IMG/VR virus record: IMGVR_UViG_3300002092_001594
Span: 32,001 to 96,000 of that record
DNA: 64,000 nt
DNA from: a virus
Direction: 5' to 3' (one strand)
Shown piece by piece: positions 56,458 through 64,000 of this stretch. Both the position numbers and the translations under genes were made by a program. Every line of letters starts with the position of its first letter. The stretch's first letter is position 1. The notes below the pieces were generated by a model that saw only the letters and a program-made list of their open reading frames with translations, did not search any database and was not told the DNA's origin.

Positions 56458-57036
56458 TTATATTAATTTATTTTTTTTAAGTACATATCCATTTGGTGCT
56501 ATATTTGATTTGAATGTCTCTAATTGTGTAAAAATATTTTGTTCACTACTTTTCATTCTTATCTTTTTCCCATTTATAATAGATAACTCATAATCGTAAG
56601 GAAATTTTATTTTCCTATTATTAAAATAGTCTAGTAACTTAATAGCGCCTTGATAAGATATAAAATATGAATAACAGCTACCCTCTACTCCTAAGTTATA
56701 AAGGTCAAACTCTCTAAAGTCCACACTCCTCCAATCAAAACTATTAACCATATCGATATCATCCTCTATTATTAGTATATTACTTCTAGATTCAGCTGAT
56801 AATTTAATTAATGACAGATGTGATAGAAATGTTGCCATAGTTGCTTTTTGGCTAAAGTCCCATTCGATCAAAAAATCATCAACAAAATATTTTTTTTCTA
56901 ATTCTACTGTAACATCCTTTGGTTCTACTGCATTAAAAAAATCAAACTCTAATCCGATTCTATCTTTTATAGATTTCATCCATATTCTTCTATCCTTATC
57001 TAATTCTAAGGAAATGCAGTAGGTTTTGAATTCCAT
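56458..57036 (-). CDS. glycosyltransferase family 25
   Basis: YCISL...RR, FFNAV, FLSH, LIIEDD, YFIS..GA.KLL. Confidence 0.85.
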   Translation of the reverse strand: MEFKTYCISLELDKDRRIWMKSIKDRIGLEFDFFNAVEPKDVTVELEKKYFVDDFLIEWDFSQKATMATFLSHLSLIKLSAESRSNILIIEDDIDMVNSFDWRSVDFREFDLYNLGVEGSCYSYFISYQGAIKLLDYFNNRKIKFPYDYELSIINGKKIRMKSSEQNIFTQLETFKSNIAPNGYVLKKNKLI

Positions 57037-57681
57037 TTAAATATACTTATTATCTTTCACCTTAAAGCTATTGTGAATATATAATGCGTCGTTATTGCTA
57101 CTGAATAGTTTAGTGTATCCATACCCATATAACAAGTTATCGAAGTCTTCATACGAAGTGCCTGACTCATAGAAAATATCAAATGCGCAGATTTCTGACC
57201 AAATGCATGCTGGTCTGTAGTTGCCTAGTTTACTCAATATCTTATATTCTGCGCCTTCAGCATCAATATGTATGAAGTCTGGTGAGACATTATTTTCATC
57301 GCAGAATTTATTTAGAATTATGCTTTGAACAAAGTAGGGTTTTCCGTACGTCAAATTAAAATACTCAGTTGGAATTGGTTTTAATGTGCTACTAGATATG
57401 TTCCAATTTTTTTGACCATTGAGTGTATCGGATGGATAAAATATTATTTCACCTTCAGTATCAGATAGTGCATAATGAAAGTAATTTATTCCATGGTCAG
57501 CTGCTGTTATGCTATTACTTTCTTTAAATTTTTCATTACATTCGAATGCATAAAATTCTGCGTTTGGTAAATGATTTTTAAAGTCAATTGTATCACCTAA
57601 GTCGGAACATCCAATGTTGAAAAAATTTATTTTCTTATTGTAAAAATTATTTACCAAAAAATCTGTACTTAAATCGCTCAT
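57037..57681 (-). CDS. FkbM-family methyltransferase
   Basis: NIGC..G, YAFE, ALSD..G, SSSTL, DFIHIDAEGAE. Confidence 0.88.
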   Translation of the reverse strand: MSDLSTDFLVNNFYNKKINFFNIGCSDLGDTIDFKNHLPNAEFYAFECNEKFKESNSITAADHGINYFHYALSDTEGEIIFYPSDTLNGQKNWNISSSTLKPIPTEYFNLTYGKPYFVQSIILNKFCDENNVSPDFIHIDAEGAEYKILSKLGNYRPACIWSEICAFDIFYESGTSYEDFDNLLYGYGYTKLFSSNNDALYIHNSFKVKDNKYI

Positions 57682-57686
57682 AATTT

Positions 57687-59240
57687 TTATTTAAAAAACA
57701 TTTGATTGTTTATTACTAATATGTCTATGTCTGTTTCTAAAAAAGTTTTTAAAGCATCTTCTGGGGTTAATATCATGGTCTTATCTTTGATATTAAATGA
57801 GGTGTTAAGTAAAATTGGATACCCGCTTAACTTTTCAAAGCGTGTTAATAATTTGTACATATTACCTTTACGATCATATACTGTTTGTATTCTAGCTGTT
57901 CCATCTACATGCGTTATTGCTTTTAACTTGTCTCTGTATTCTTCTCTTACTTTAACGACTTGATTCATATAAGGAATGAAATCGTATGATTCAAAGTAAG
58001 TGCTTTGTGCAAACTGAGTAACCATTGGTGCAAAAGGCCTAAACATCTCTCGCTTCTTAATAAGCTTGTTTATTCGATCTTGCATTCCTGGTATAGTCGG
58101 GCTAGCTAATATACTCCTATGTCCTAATGCACGTGCACCAAACTCAATTCTACCTTCATACCAGCCTACTACCTTTCCTTTGTGTAATTCCTTTGCTATA
58201 ACATTTAAATCTAGCATTTTTGTGTTGCACGTTGTAAATTCGTACTCTGGACCTAAGAAAGGATCTTGTTTTATACGGTGATGTACAAAATTAGTACAAG
58301 CGCCAATGCAAGAACCTGCATCTGAAGGTGCAACAGGTATCCAGATATTCTTATAAGGGGTATTTTCCTTTATCTTACCGTTTGCAGTACCGTTATAGGC
58401 ACATCCTCCGCTTAAACATAAGTTTTCCCCCGGATATAGGTTTAAAAAGTGAAATAATGCTTTTTCGTAGATCCATTGAAGAGATGCTGCAATATCTTTA
58501 TGTCTTTGCTCTATCGGCTCGTCAGGAAGCCTGTTGTCCCCTAATAGTTCTATTAAATGATGACTAAACATTACTTTATTACTACTATCCCACGTAAAGT
58601 ACTTCATATCTACGTGTAATCCTCTCTTATAGTTCAGTAATTTTCTAAACTTACCTTTATACTTTGTCGGATCTCCGTAAGAAGCGAGTCCCATTACCTT
58701 ATATTCACCTTCGTTTGGTTTAAAACCTAAATAGGCAGTGATAGCAGAGTATAATAGTCCTAGAGAGTGAGGATACTTAACAGTAAGTTCAGGAATAAAC
58801 TCTCCGTTTACTACTCTTACTATTTTTAACGTTTCTTCTTCACCTACTCCGTCAATACTAACTAAAGTTGCATCTGCAAAGGGAGAACTGTTGTAAGCAT
58901 ACATTAAATGAGACATGTGGTGTTCAGAAAAAAACACGGTATCGCTAAGCTTCTTTAGTTTAAACCATACTTTAATACCTGTCCACAAGGTTCTAGGTAC
59001 AGATCTCCAATTATGCTTTAAAGCTCTTAGTAATTTTAAATGCGGCTTTTCGTAATAACATACTACATCGAACTTATCGGTGTAAGTATCCTTAATATAC
59101 TGTATTGCATTGATAGGGAAAGAAGAATCATGCTTTATTCCTGTGAATTTCTCTTCTTCACATGCAAACACGAGTTTTCCGTCCTGAAATAGACAAGCAG
59201 CCGAATCGTGATAATATGCTGATATTCCTAGTACGTTCAT
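57687..59240 (-). CDS. carbamoyltransferase (NodU/CmcH/TobZ family)
   Basis: YYHDSAA, EHH.SH, DGVGE, EYKVMGLASYG, EFGARALGHRSILA, HVDGTARIQ, LNTSFN. Confidence 0.95.
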   Translation of the reverse strand: MNVLGISAYYHDSAACLFQDGKLVFACEEEKFTGIKHDSSFPINAIQYIKDTYTDKFDVVCYYEKPHLKLLRALKHNWRSVPRTLWTGIKVWFKLKKLSDTVFFSEHHMSHLMYAYNSSPFADATLVSIDGVGEEETLKIVRVVNGEFIPELTVKYPHSLGLLYSAITAYLGFKPNEGEYKVMGLASYGDPTKYKGKFRKLLNYKRGLHVDMKYFTWDSSNKVMFSHHLIELLGDNRLPDEPIEQRHKDIAASLQWIYEKALFHFLNLYPGENLCLSGGCAYNGTANGKIKENTPYKNIWIPVAPSDAGSCIGACTNFVHHRIKQDPFLGPEYEFTTCNTKMLDLNVIAKELHKGKVVGWYEGRIEFGARALGHRSILASPTIPGMQDRINKLIKKREMFRPFAPMVTQFAQSTYFESYDFIPYMNQVVKVREEYRDKLKAITHVDGTARIQTVYDRKGNMYKLLTRFEKLSGYPILLNTSFNIKDKTMILTPEDALKTFLETDIDILVINNQMFFK

Positions 59241-59356
59241 TAGTGGTTATAGATAAATGGATCACGCTTTTTTAACTCTTCGATTTTCTTCTTAAATCGC
59301 TTTTTGCGCTTACGCTCTTCCCATTTGTCTTTAAACCACTTTATTAGTTTTTTCAT
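59240..59356 (-). CDS. small basic protein ending DPFIY (38 aa, missing from the ORF track)
   Basis: MKKLIKWFKDKWEERKRKKRFKKKIEELKKRDPFIYNH*; TAATG overlap with the carbamoyltransferase. Confidence 0.7.
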   Translation of the reverse strand: MKKLIKWFKDKWEERKRKKRFKKKIEELKKRDPFIYNH

Positions 59357-59371
59357 AACAGATTCTTTGTA

Positions 59372-59402
59372 TAAAAATAGGAGTATTCTATTAAACTTCC
59401 AA
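59372..59402 (-). promoter_or_regulatory. Bacteroidota-type sigma70 promoter for the carbamoyltransferase-rSAM operon
   Basis: TTG-N20-TATTTTTA. Confidence 0.6.
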
Positions 59403-60077
59403 ATAATTCACTATTTCATCTGAAAGTTGGTAAGGATTCATAGGGAATTGAATACTAATACCGGAGCTTTGATAACGTGTGTCGTGAAAATCTCTGGCAT
59501 TAAATACTGAAACACTAGAAGTTATGTCGTAGATTGTGTCGTCAACGTTATCATAGACATAAAGTGATTTTGTATCAGAAATTATCATGTGAAGCTTGTA
59601 TGCTCTCTTTACTTCGTATTCATAAGTGTCCGGATATTCAGCTTTTAACCAAGCATCGTTGTCAAAGCTTAGTCCGTTGCTATCAGATACACGTAATTGT
59701 TTTATTGAATTTTTTGTGGAGCTGTTTTGATGCCATAACGCCATCTTGTAATGTGGAATTAAATCTTTCCAAGGTGCACAAGGAAATGGAGCTAAATCTT
59801 GGTGTATAACTGGACCGCGATTTACGTCTTCGATTCTAATGTTATAAGCAAACTGATTTGCATGAAATGTTGCAATAAAAGCAGTAGTTAGTGGAAATGC
59901 AGCTGCCTGTCTTGCTTGAAAGCTTTCATCTTGCCAGTCGTCTGAATTATAACCTATAAATTCCGTATCTGTGCTTGCAAGTAATTCTTGCTTTGCTGCT
60001 GCAAACATCTCTTGATTGACAAAGCTATCTAAAGATATATACGGAACTTTTACACCGTTCTTAGTTAATCCGACCAT
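59391..60077 (-). CDS. hypothetical protein, possible Fe(II) oxygenase/cupin fold
   Basis: IHQD...LHM...FNARDFH pattern (HxD...H). Confidence 0.55.
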   Translation of the reverse strand: MVGLTKNGVKVPYISLDSFVNQEMFAAAKQELLASTDTEFIGYNSDDWQDESFQARQAAAFPLTTAFIATFHANQFAYNIRIEDVNRGPVIHQDLAPFPCAPWKDLIPHYKMALWHQNSSTKNSIKQLRVSDSNGLSFDNDAWLKAEYPDTYEYEVKRAYKLHMIISDTKSLYVYDNVDDTIYDITSSVSVFNARDFHDTRYQSSGISIQFPMNPYQLSDEIVNYLEV

Positions 60078-60095
60078 AATTCGTTAATTTTATGA

Positions 60096-60111
60096 TTATA
60101 AATATTTATAA
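60096..60111. promoter_or_regulatory. palindromic bidirectional late promoter TTATAAATATTTATAA
   Basis: 16-bp perfect palindrome giving TATTTATA on both strands, exactly between divergent genes. Confidence 0.7.
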
Positions 60112-60128
60112 ACAGAAATAAGTTGCAA

Positions 60129-60674
60129 ATGAATGATAAATGGAATAAATTTATAGAAACTCCATCATTAAGGTTTCGTTATCAAGTACCTAAGTTTACT
60201 CCTAGTATTTATAGGGAGTATAGAGGTGAAATTTTCACCACTTTTCATTCAGAAGAGCATCCTGTAATGAAATATCTTCCTTTTAACAAAGAGGAATTAA
60301 ACATTCATAATAAATTCTCTAAATCTTACAAAGGTGTTTTAAGAGGCCTCCATTACGATAATAAAACGTGGAAGTTAATTCAAGCGCTTGCAGGAGATTT
60401 GTACTTAGTAGTTCTTGATATGAGACGAGATTCTTTTACCTATGGAGAATGGGAATCATTTATTTTAACTGAAAAGAGTAGAGATCAAATCTTAGTACCG
60501 CCCGGTTTTGCTAATGGTCATTACGCATTAACTGACTGTATTTTTCATTATAACTTATTTTATAAAGGTGAGTGTGTTGATTCAGTTGATCACGAAATAG
60601 TTAAATGGAATGATCCTGAGTTTCAAATAGAGTGGCCTACTGATAATCCAATTTTACAGAAAAAAGATAAATGA
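60129..60674 (+). CDS. rfbC: NDP-4-keto-6-deoxyhexose 3,5-epimerase (RmlC family)
   Basis: RGEIF, S.S.KGVLRGLH, KLI....G..Y.VVLDMR..S.TYG.W, VPPGFANG, WNDP...I.WP. Confidence 0.9.
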   Translation: MNDKWNKFIETPSLRFRYQVPKFTPSIYREYRGEIFTTFHSEEHPVMKYLPFNKEELNIHNKFSKSYKGVLRGLHYDNKTWKLIQALAGDLYLVVLDMRRDSFTYGEWESFILTEKSRDQILVPPGFANGHYALTDCIFHYNLFYKGECVDSVDHEIVKWNDPEFQIEWPTDNPILQKKDK

Positions 60675-61252
60675 TAGATACATTAATTACATTTGAAAGA
60701 AAAATAGCTGATCTGTGGGAAGCAGGTAAGATAAGAGGTCCTATTCACTTAAGCGGCGGTAATGAAAGGGAATTAGTAGAAATTTTCGGGAAAGTAAAAA
60801 GTGGAGATTGGGTATTTTCGACTTGGAGATCTCATTATCATGCATTACTTAAAGGTGTAGATCCTTCTTGGCTAGAGAAAGAAATATTGGATGGAAAATC
60901 CATTACGATTGTAAATAAAGAACATAAATTTTATTCATCAGCAATAGTTGGCGGTATTATTCCGATTGCTGTTGGTGTTGCAATGCAGCTTAAAGCCGAT
61001 AATAGTACTGATAAAGTTTGGTGTTTTATAGGAGATATGGCATTTGAGACAGGGATTTTTTATGAAATGCATAAATACGCTACAAATTATAATTTACCAA
61101 TTCAGTTTGTAGTAGAAGATAACGGTGTATCTACAAACACACCAACATTTGAAACTTGGAATAGTAAGAAACCAATACCAGATAATGTAATTTATTATAA
61201 ATACGAAAAACAGTGGCCGCACTACGGAACAGGAAAATGGATAATGTTTTAA
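60671..61252 (+). CDS. ThDP-dependent dehydrogenase E1 alpha-like subunit
   Basis: GPIHLS.G.E, WRSHYHAL, AIVGG, FIGD, VVEDN. Confidence 0.88.
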   Translation: MIDTLITFERKIADLWEAGKIRGPIHLSGGNERELVEIFGKVKSGDWVFSTWRSHYHALLKGVDPSWLEKEILDGKSITIVNKEHKFYSSAIVGGIIPIAVGVAMQLKADNSTDKVWCFIGDMAFETGIFYEMHKYATNYNLPIQFVVEDNGVSTNTPTFETWNSKKPIPDNVIYYKYEKQWPHYGTGKWIMF

Positions 61253-62247
61253 TAACAGGGATAACAGGAATGGTGGGTTCTCATTTAACCGACTTTCTTT
61301 TAAAGAATACAGATTGGAAAATTTATGGCTTTTTAAGATGGAATGACAATTTAGAAAACATAGAGCACTTATCTAAAGTAATTAACGAGGGAGATAGAGT
61401 TAAACTTGTATATGGCGACTTGACAGATCTATCTTCTTTAATAAAGGCTGTAGAGGTATCAAAACCAAAGTATGTATTTCATTTAGCTGGCCAGTCTTAT
61501 CCCCAAGCAAGCTTTATATCGCCGGTAGAGACTTTACAGGCAAATATTATAGGTACTACTAATGTACTTGAAGCATTAAAAAATTCAGAATATAAAAATG
61601 CAAATATACATGTTTGTTCTTCTAGTGAGATATTTGGTAGAGTACCGAAAGAAAAGCTACCTATAAATGAAGATTGTTCAATACATCCTGCATCTCCGTA
61701 TGCTATTTCAAAGTGTGGTGTTGATTTATTAGGCAGACATTATGCTCAAGCTTATGGAATGACTATAATGACGACACGTATGTTTACCCACACCGGTCCT
61801 AGACGTGGTGATGTATTTCATGAATCGACTTTTGCAAAGCAAATAGCAATGATTGAAGCAGGTATACAAGAACCTAAAATTTATGTTGGTAATTTACAAT
61901 CTTTAAGAACATATGCTGATGTAAGAGATGCTGTTAGAGCTTACTACATGCTCTTAACTATCAATCCTACTTCAGGTGAATACTATAATATTGGTGGTAG
62001 CTTTACTTGTACTGTTGAGGACACTTTACAATTTTTAATTAATGCATCTACTGCAACCAATATAGAAGTTATTACAGATAAAGGAAGGCTTAGACCTATA
62101 GATGCTGATTTACAAATACCAGATACTACTAAATTTAGAGCCCATACAGGATGGAAGCCAGAAATACCTTATGAAACTACGATGCTTGATCTATTAAATC
62201 ATTGGAGAAAGAAAGTAAATAGTGGACGAACATTTTTAAAACGATGA
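61237..62247 (+). CDS. gmd: GDP-mannose 4,6-dehydratase-like SDR
   Basis: LITGITGMVGSHL, HLAGQS, SSSEIFG, SPYAISK, FTHTGPRRG, GNL. Confidence 0.85.
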   Translation: MDNVLITGITGMVGSHLTDFLLKNTDWKIYGFLRWNDNLENIEHLSKVINEGDRVKLVYGDLTDLSSLIKAVEVSKPKYVFHLAGQSYPQASFISPVETLQANIIGTTNVLEALKNSEYKNANIHVCSSSEIFGRVPKEKLPINEDCSIHPASPYAISKCGVDLLGRHYAQAYGMTIMTTRMFTHTGPRRGDVFHESTFAKQIAMIEAGIQEPKIYVGNLQSLRTYADVRDAVRAYYMLLTINPTSGEYYNIGGSFTCTVEDTLQFLINASTATNIEVITDKGRLRPIDADLQIPDTTKFRAHTGWKPEIPYETTMLDLLNHWRKKVNSGRTFLKR

Positions 62248-62783
62248 ATACACCTCAACATACACCCTACAAAGATGCTTTAACAAAAGCAATGGGTAAA
62301 TTAGGACAATACGAATACTCTACTTTTATAGGACAGCAAATACTGTATCCCGGTAATCCTATGAGTACTACTTTAGGAGATGTTCCTAAATCAAAAATGA
62401 TAGAAGTACCTGTAATGGAAGAATCTCAAATGGGTATGAGTCTAGGTCTTGCTATGGCAGGTAGGTTTGTTATTACTTTCTATCCTAGATGGGACTTTCT
62501 TATATGTGCAACAAACCAGTTAGTTAATCACGTTGATAAATTAGGATTAATGGGTAATTGGAATGTTGATATGATTATTAGGGTTGGAAAAGGAAGTACT
62601 AATCCCTTAGATCCTGGACATCAGCATAAAGGAAATTATTTCAACGAATTTAAATCTATGTGCCCTAATATAGAATTTCATGACTGTAGATCTCCACAAG
62701 ATGTAGAAAAAGCTTATGAATATGCTATTCAAGGAGGTATAAACCTTATTGTTGAGTATCCGGAGTTTTATTATTCCAACTAA
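62244..62783 (+). CDS. ThDP-dependent E1 beta/transketolase pyrimidine-binding domain
   Basis: PVMEESQMG...GLA, DFL..A.NQLVN, GHQH; lacks the usual C-terminal domain. Confidence 0.85.
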   Translation: MNTPQHTPYKDALTKAMGKLGQYEYSTFIGQQILYPGNPMSTTLGDVPKSKMIEVPVMEESQMGMSLGLAMAGRFVITFYPRWDFLICATNQLVNHVDKLGLMGNWNVDMIIRVGKGSTNPLDPGHQHKGNYFNEFKSMCPNIEFHDCRSPQDVEKAYEYAIQGGINLIVEYPEFYYSN

Positions 62784-63177
62784 CTTCCCAAACTTGCATA
62801 TCAGCTGCTAAACAATCGATCTTATAATCTTTTCTACCTCCAGCAACTTCTTGAATTTTATTCTTAGCTGTATTACGAATACCGTTGAGTCCATGAGTTA
62901 ACTCTAAAGTATTACCGTCTTTAATTCCTTTACGTACATTTGATTCGTTATGCCAGATATGTAAATTCATCTGTGCAAGAACTATAATTGCTCTAATAGT
63001 TTCAGCTGTTATTACTCCATTTTGCTCATCGAGTGCTAATTGAACATCGTGAATGATATCTTGAATTTCTTGAGCATATTCTGTCTTGTGTTCGGGTATA
63101 AAAACTTCTTTTAACTGAACAATACTTAGTCTATCGACTAATTCACTTAGAGTTGGTAAATACTTTCTGTTTTTCAT
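62746..63177 (-). CDS. conserved-type hypothetical helical protein
   Basis: ELVDRLSIVQLK...N..IW..E...R...LNG.R...KNKI pattern. Confidence 0.7.
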   Translation of the reverse strand: MKNRKYLPTLSELVDRLSIVQLKEVFIPEHKTEYAQEIQDIIHDVQLALDEQNGVITAETIRAIIVLAQMNLHIWHNESNVRKGIKDGNTLELTHGLNGIRNTAKNKIQEVAGGRKDYKIDCLAADMQVWEVSWNNKTPDTQQ

Positions 63178-63536
63178 TATATTTCTATTTTACTTATTCC
63201 TTCATCTCGTTTTAAATTAATTGCTACTGCTGTTTCTTCGTCACTTCCCGGTTTAAGGTCGTTAAGTAATACCCTAACGCCTCCTCCTATTCCCATGATC
63301 AGCTGATCGTAGAATATTCCTGCTAATTCTAACTGTTCTTCAGTAAACTTTCTCATAGATTCTCTTCTACCAGTTGTTAGGATAATATTATAACCTTTTT
63401 TGTCCCATTCCAATAACTTCTCTACAGTACCGGGTAATACTTTAGGTTTAAAGCCGTAAAAACTCTCTCCTGGGGGGAAGTGCTCGAGTAATGTTCCGTC
63501 TATATCGCAAAATATCGTCTTAGGTCTAATATCCAT
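63177..63536 (-). CDS. HAD-superfamily phosphatase-like protein
   Basis: FCDIDGTL, LTTGR, YDQLIMG, LND. Confidence 0.85.
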   Translation of the reverse strand: MDIRPKTIFCDIDGTLLEHFPPGESFYGFKPKVLPGTVEKLLEWDKKGYNIILTTGRRESMRKFTEEQLELAGIFYDQLIMGIGGGVRVLLNDLKPGSDEETAVAINLKRDEGISKIEI

Positions 63537-64000
63537 TTAATCTATATTTTATTGTGTCTTTAATAATGTCGTTTATACCTTCTCTTAAAGGTAGCTTATC
63601 ATAATTGTAGTGGCCGCATACTTTAATCACCATATCTTTATCGCTCAAATTAAATTCAGGTGTTACCCATCTTTTCCACTTTTCAGAAGCTAAACACACC
63701 TCGTAGAAACTATTTTTCTCTGATTCAGTCATATGCTCTAAATAAATTTCTGTTTCAAGCTGTGCTAATTCAGGTCCTATGTTAATAGCATCTATTCCAG
63801 CATGGAATCTTAACTCTCTTTCTTCTTTTGATAAGTAATCACCGTTATGTTCCTTAGTCTTTTTTCCATACTCTTTACATACCTTAATCATAGTAGCTAA
63901 AGGCTCTGTTAAAAACTTATTTGTATTCTTTCTACTTACTAAGTCTATCTTAACTCCAGACTGTACTACTACATACTCTATATTATTAAATGCTTCTGCA
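63526..64000 (-). CDS. partial TIM-barrel protein, GatZ/KbaZ-like sugar-phosphate epimerase/aldolase family (5' end outside the window)
   Basis: Frame open to the window edge (AEAFNNIEYVVVQSG...); KEHNGDY and INIGPEL resemble GatZ motifs. Confidence 0.6.
   Translation of the reverse strand, partial: AEAFNNIEYVVVQSGVKIDLVSRKNTNKFLTEPLATMIKVCKEYGKKTKEHNGDYLSKEERELRFHAGIDAINIGPELAQLETEIYLEHMTESEKNSFYEVCLASEKWKRWVTPEFNLSDKDMVIKVCGHYNYDKLPLREGINDIIKDTIKYRLNGY

Noticed and set aside
1217-59809. Many plus-strand and nested ORFs in the track (e.g. 1217-1408, 3044-3514, 3099-3500, 6132-6578, 7418-7807, 26178-26477, 42412-42720, 55751-56077)
   Set aside because: They lie antisense to or inside well-supported genes, have no recognisable motifs, and are expected shadows of low-complexity or codon-biased sequence
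60671-62783. Central-metabolism pyruvate dehydrogenase
   Set aside because: Both subunits are short, no E2/E3 genes are adjacent, and they are interleaved with nucleotide-sugar enzymes
60121-62783. Recombinase-driven invertible segment bounded by AGTTG(C/G)AA
   Set aside because: Only a 7/8-nt match in AT-rich DNA, no recombinase in the window, and the palindromic promoter explains the divergence without switching
1-64000. Bacterial chromosome rather than phage (GroEL, IscU, RecA, tmRNA, que genes)
   Set aside because: Sheath, tube, tape measure, gp32-like SSB, free-standing HNH genes, dense single-strand packing and a phage-type promoter motif run through the whole window. No integrase or host junction is seen.
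1-64000. Alternative genetic code (stop-codon reassignment)
   Set aside because: Conserved genes are full length in code 11, and TAA, TAG and TGA are all used as stops
1-64000. CRISPR array or rRNA
   Set aside because: No regularly spaced repeat-spacer units and no rRNA-like sequence seen

Overview
AT-rich 64-kb segment of a large contractile-tailed (myovirus-type) phage, almost entirely encoded on the minus strand in standard code 11. The host is very probably a Bacteroidota species: about 10 TTG-N19/20-TAnnTT promoters, a tmRNA tag ending YAYAA, and Bacteroidota-style lipoproteins. From left to right it contains: (1) tRNA-Ser, tRNA-Thr, tmRNA and structured spacers; (2) an operon of exported/envelope proteins (two CsgG-like, one cohesin-like, one Ser-rich, an Ntn hydrolase, a secreted nuclease); (3) iscA-ferredoxin-iscU and groEL-groES-hsp20; (4) family A DNA polymerase; (5) a 7-deazaguanine DNA-modification cluster (folE, queD, queE, queC, queF, a TGT/DpdA-like barrel, a formyltransferase, a kinase); (6) class II RNR, helicase, 5'-3' exonuclease, RecA, SSB and a second, degenerate PolA; (7) a tail module (hub, tape measure, frameshifted chaperone, tube, sheath) with two HNH endonucleases; (8) an approximately 15-kb island of tailoring enzymes. 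The best candidate for an undescribed system is in that island: a late-promoter gene fusing a circularly permuted ATP-grasp-like ligase to two tandem Hint domains, flanked by two radical SAM/SPASM paralogues, oxygenases, and methyl-, glycosyl- and carbamoyl-transferases. All assignments come from reading motifs by eye. No searches or folding programs were run.
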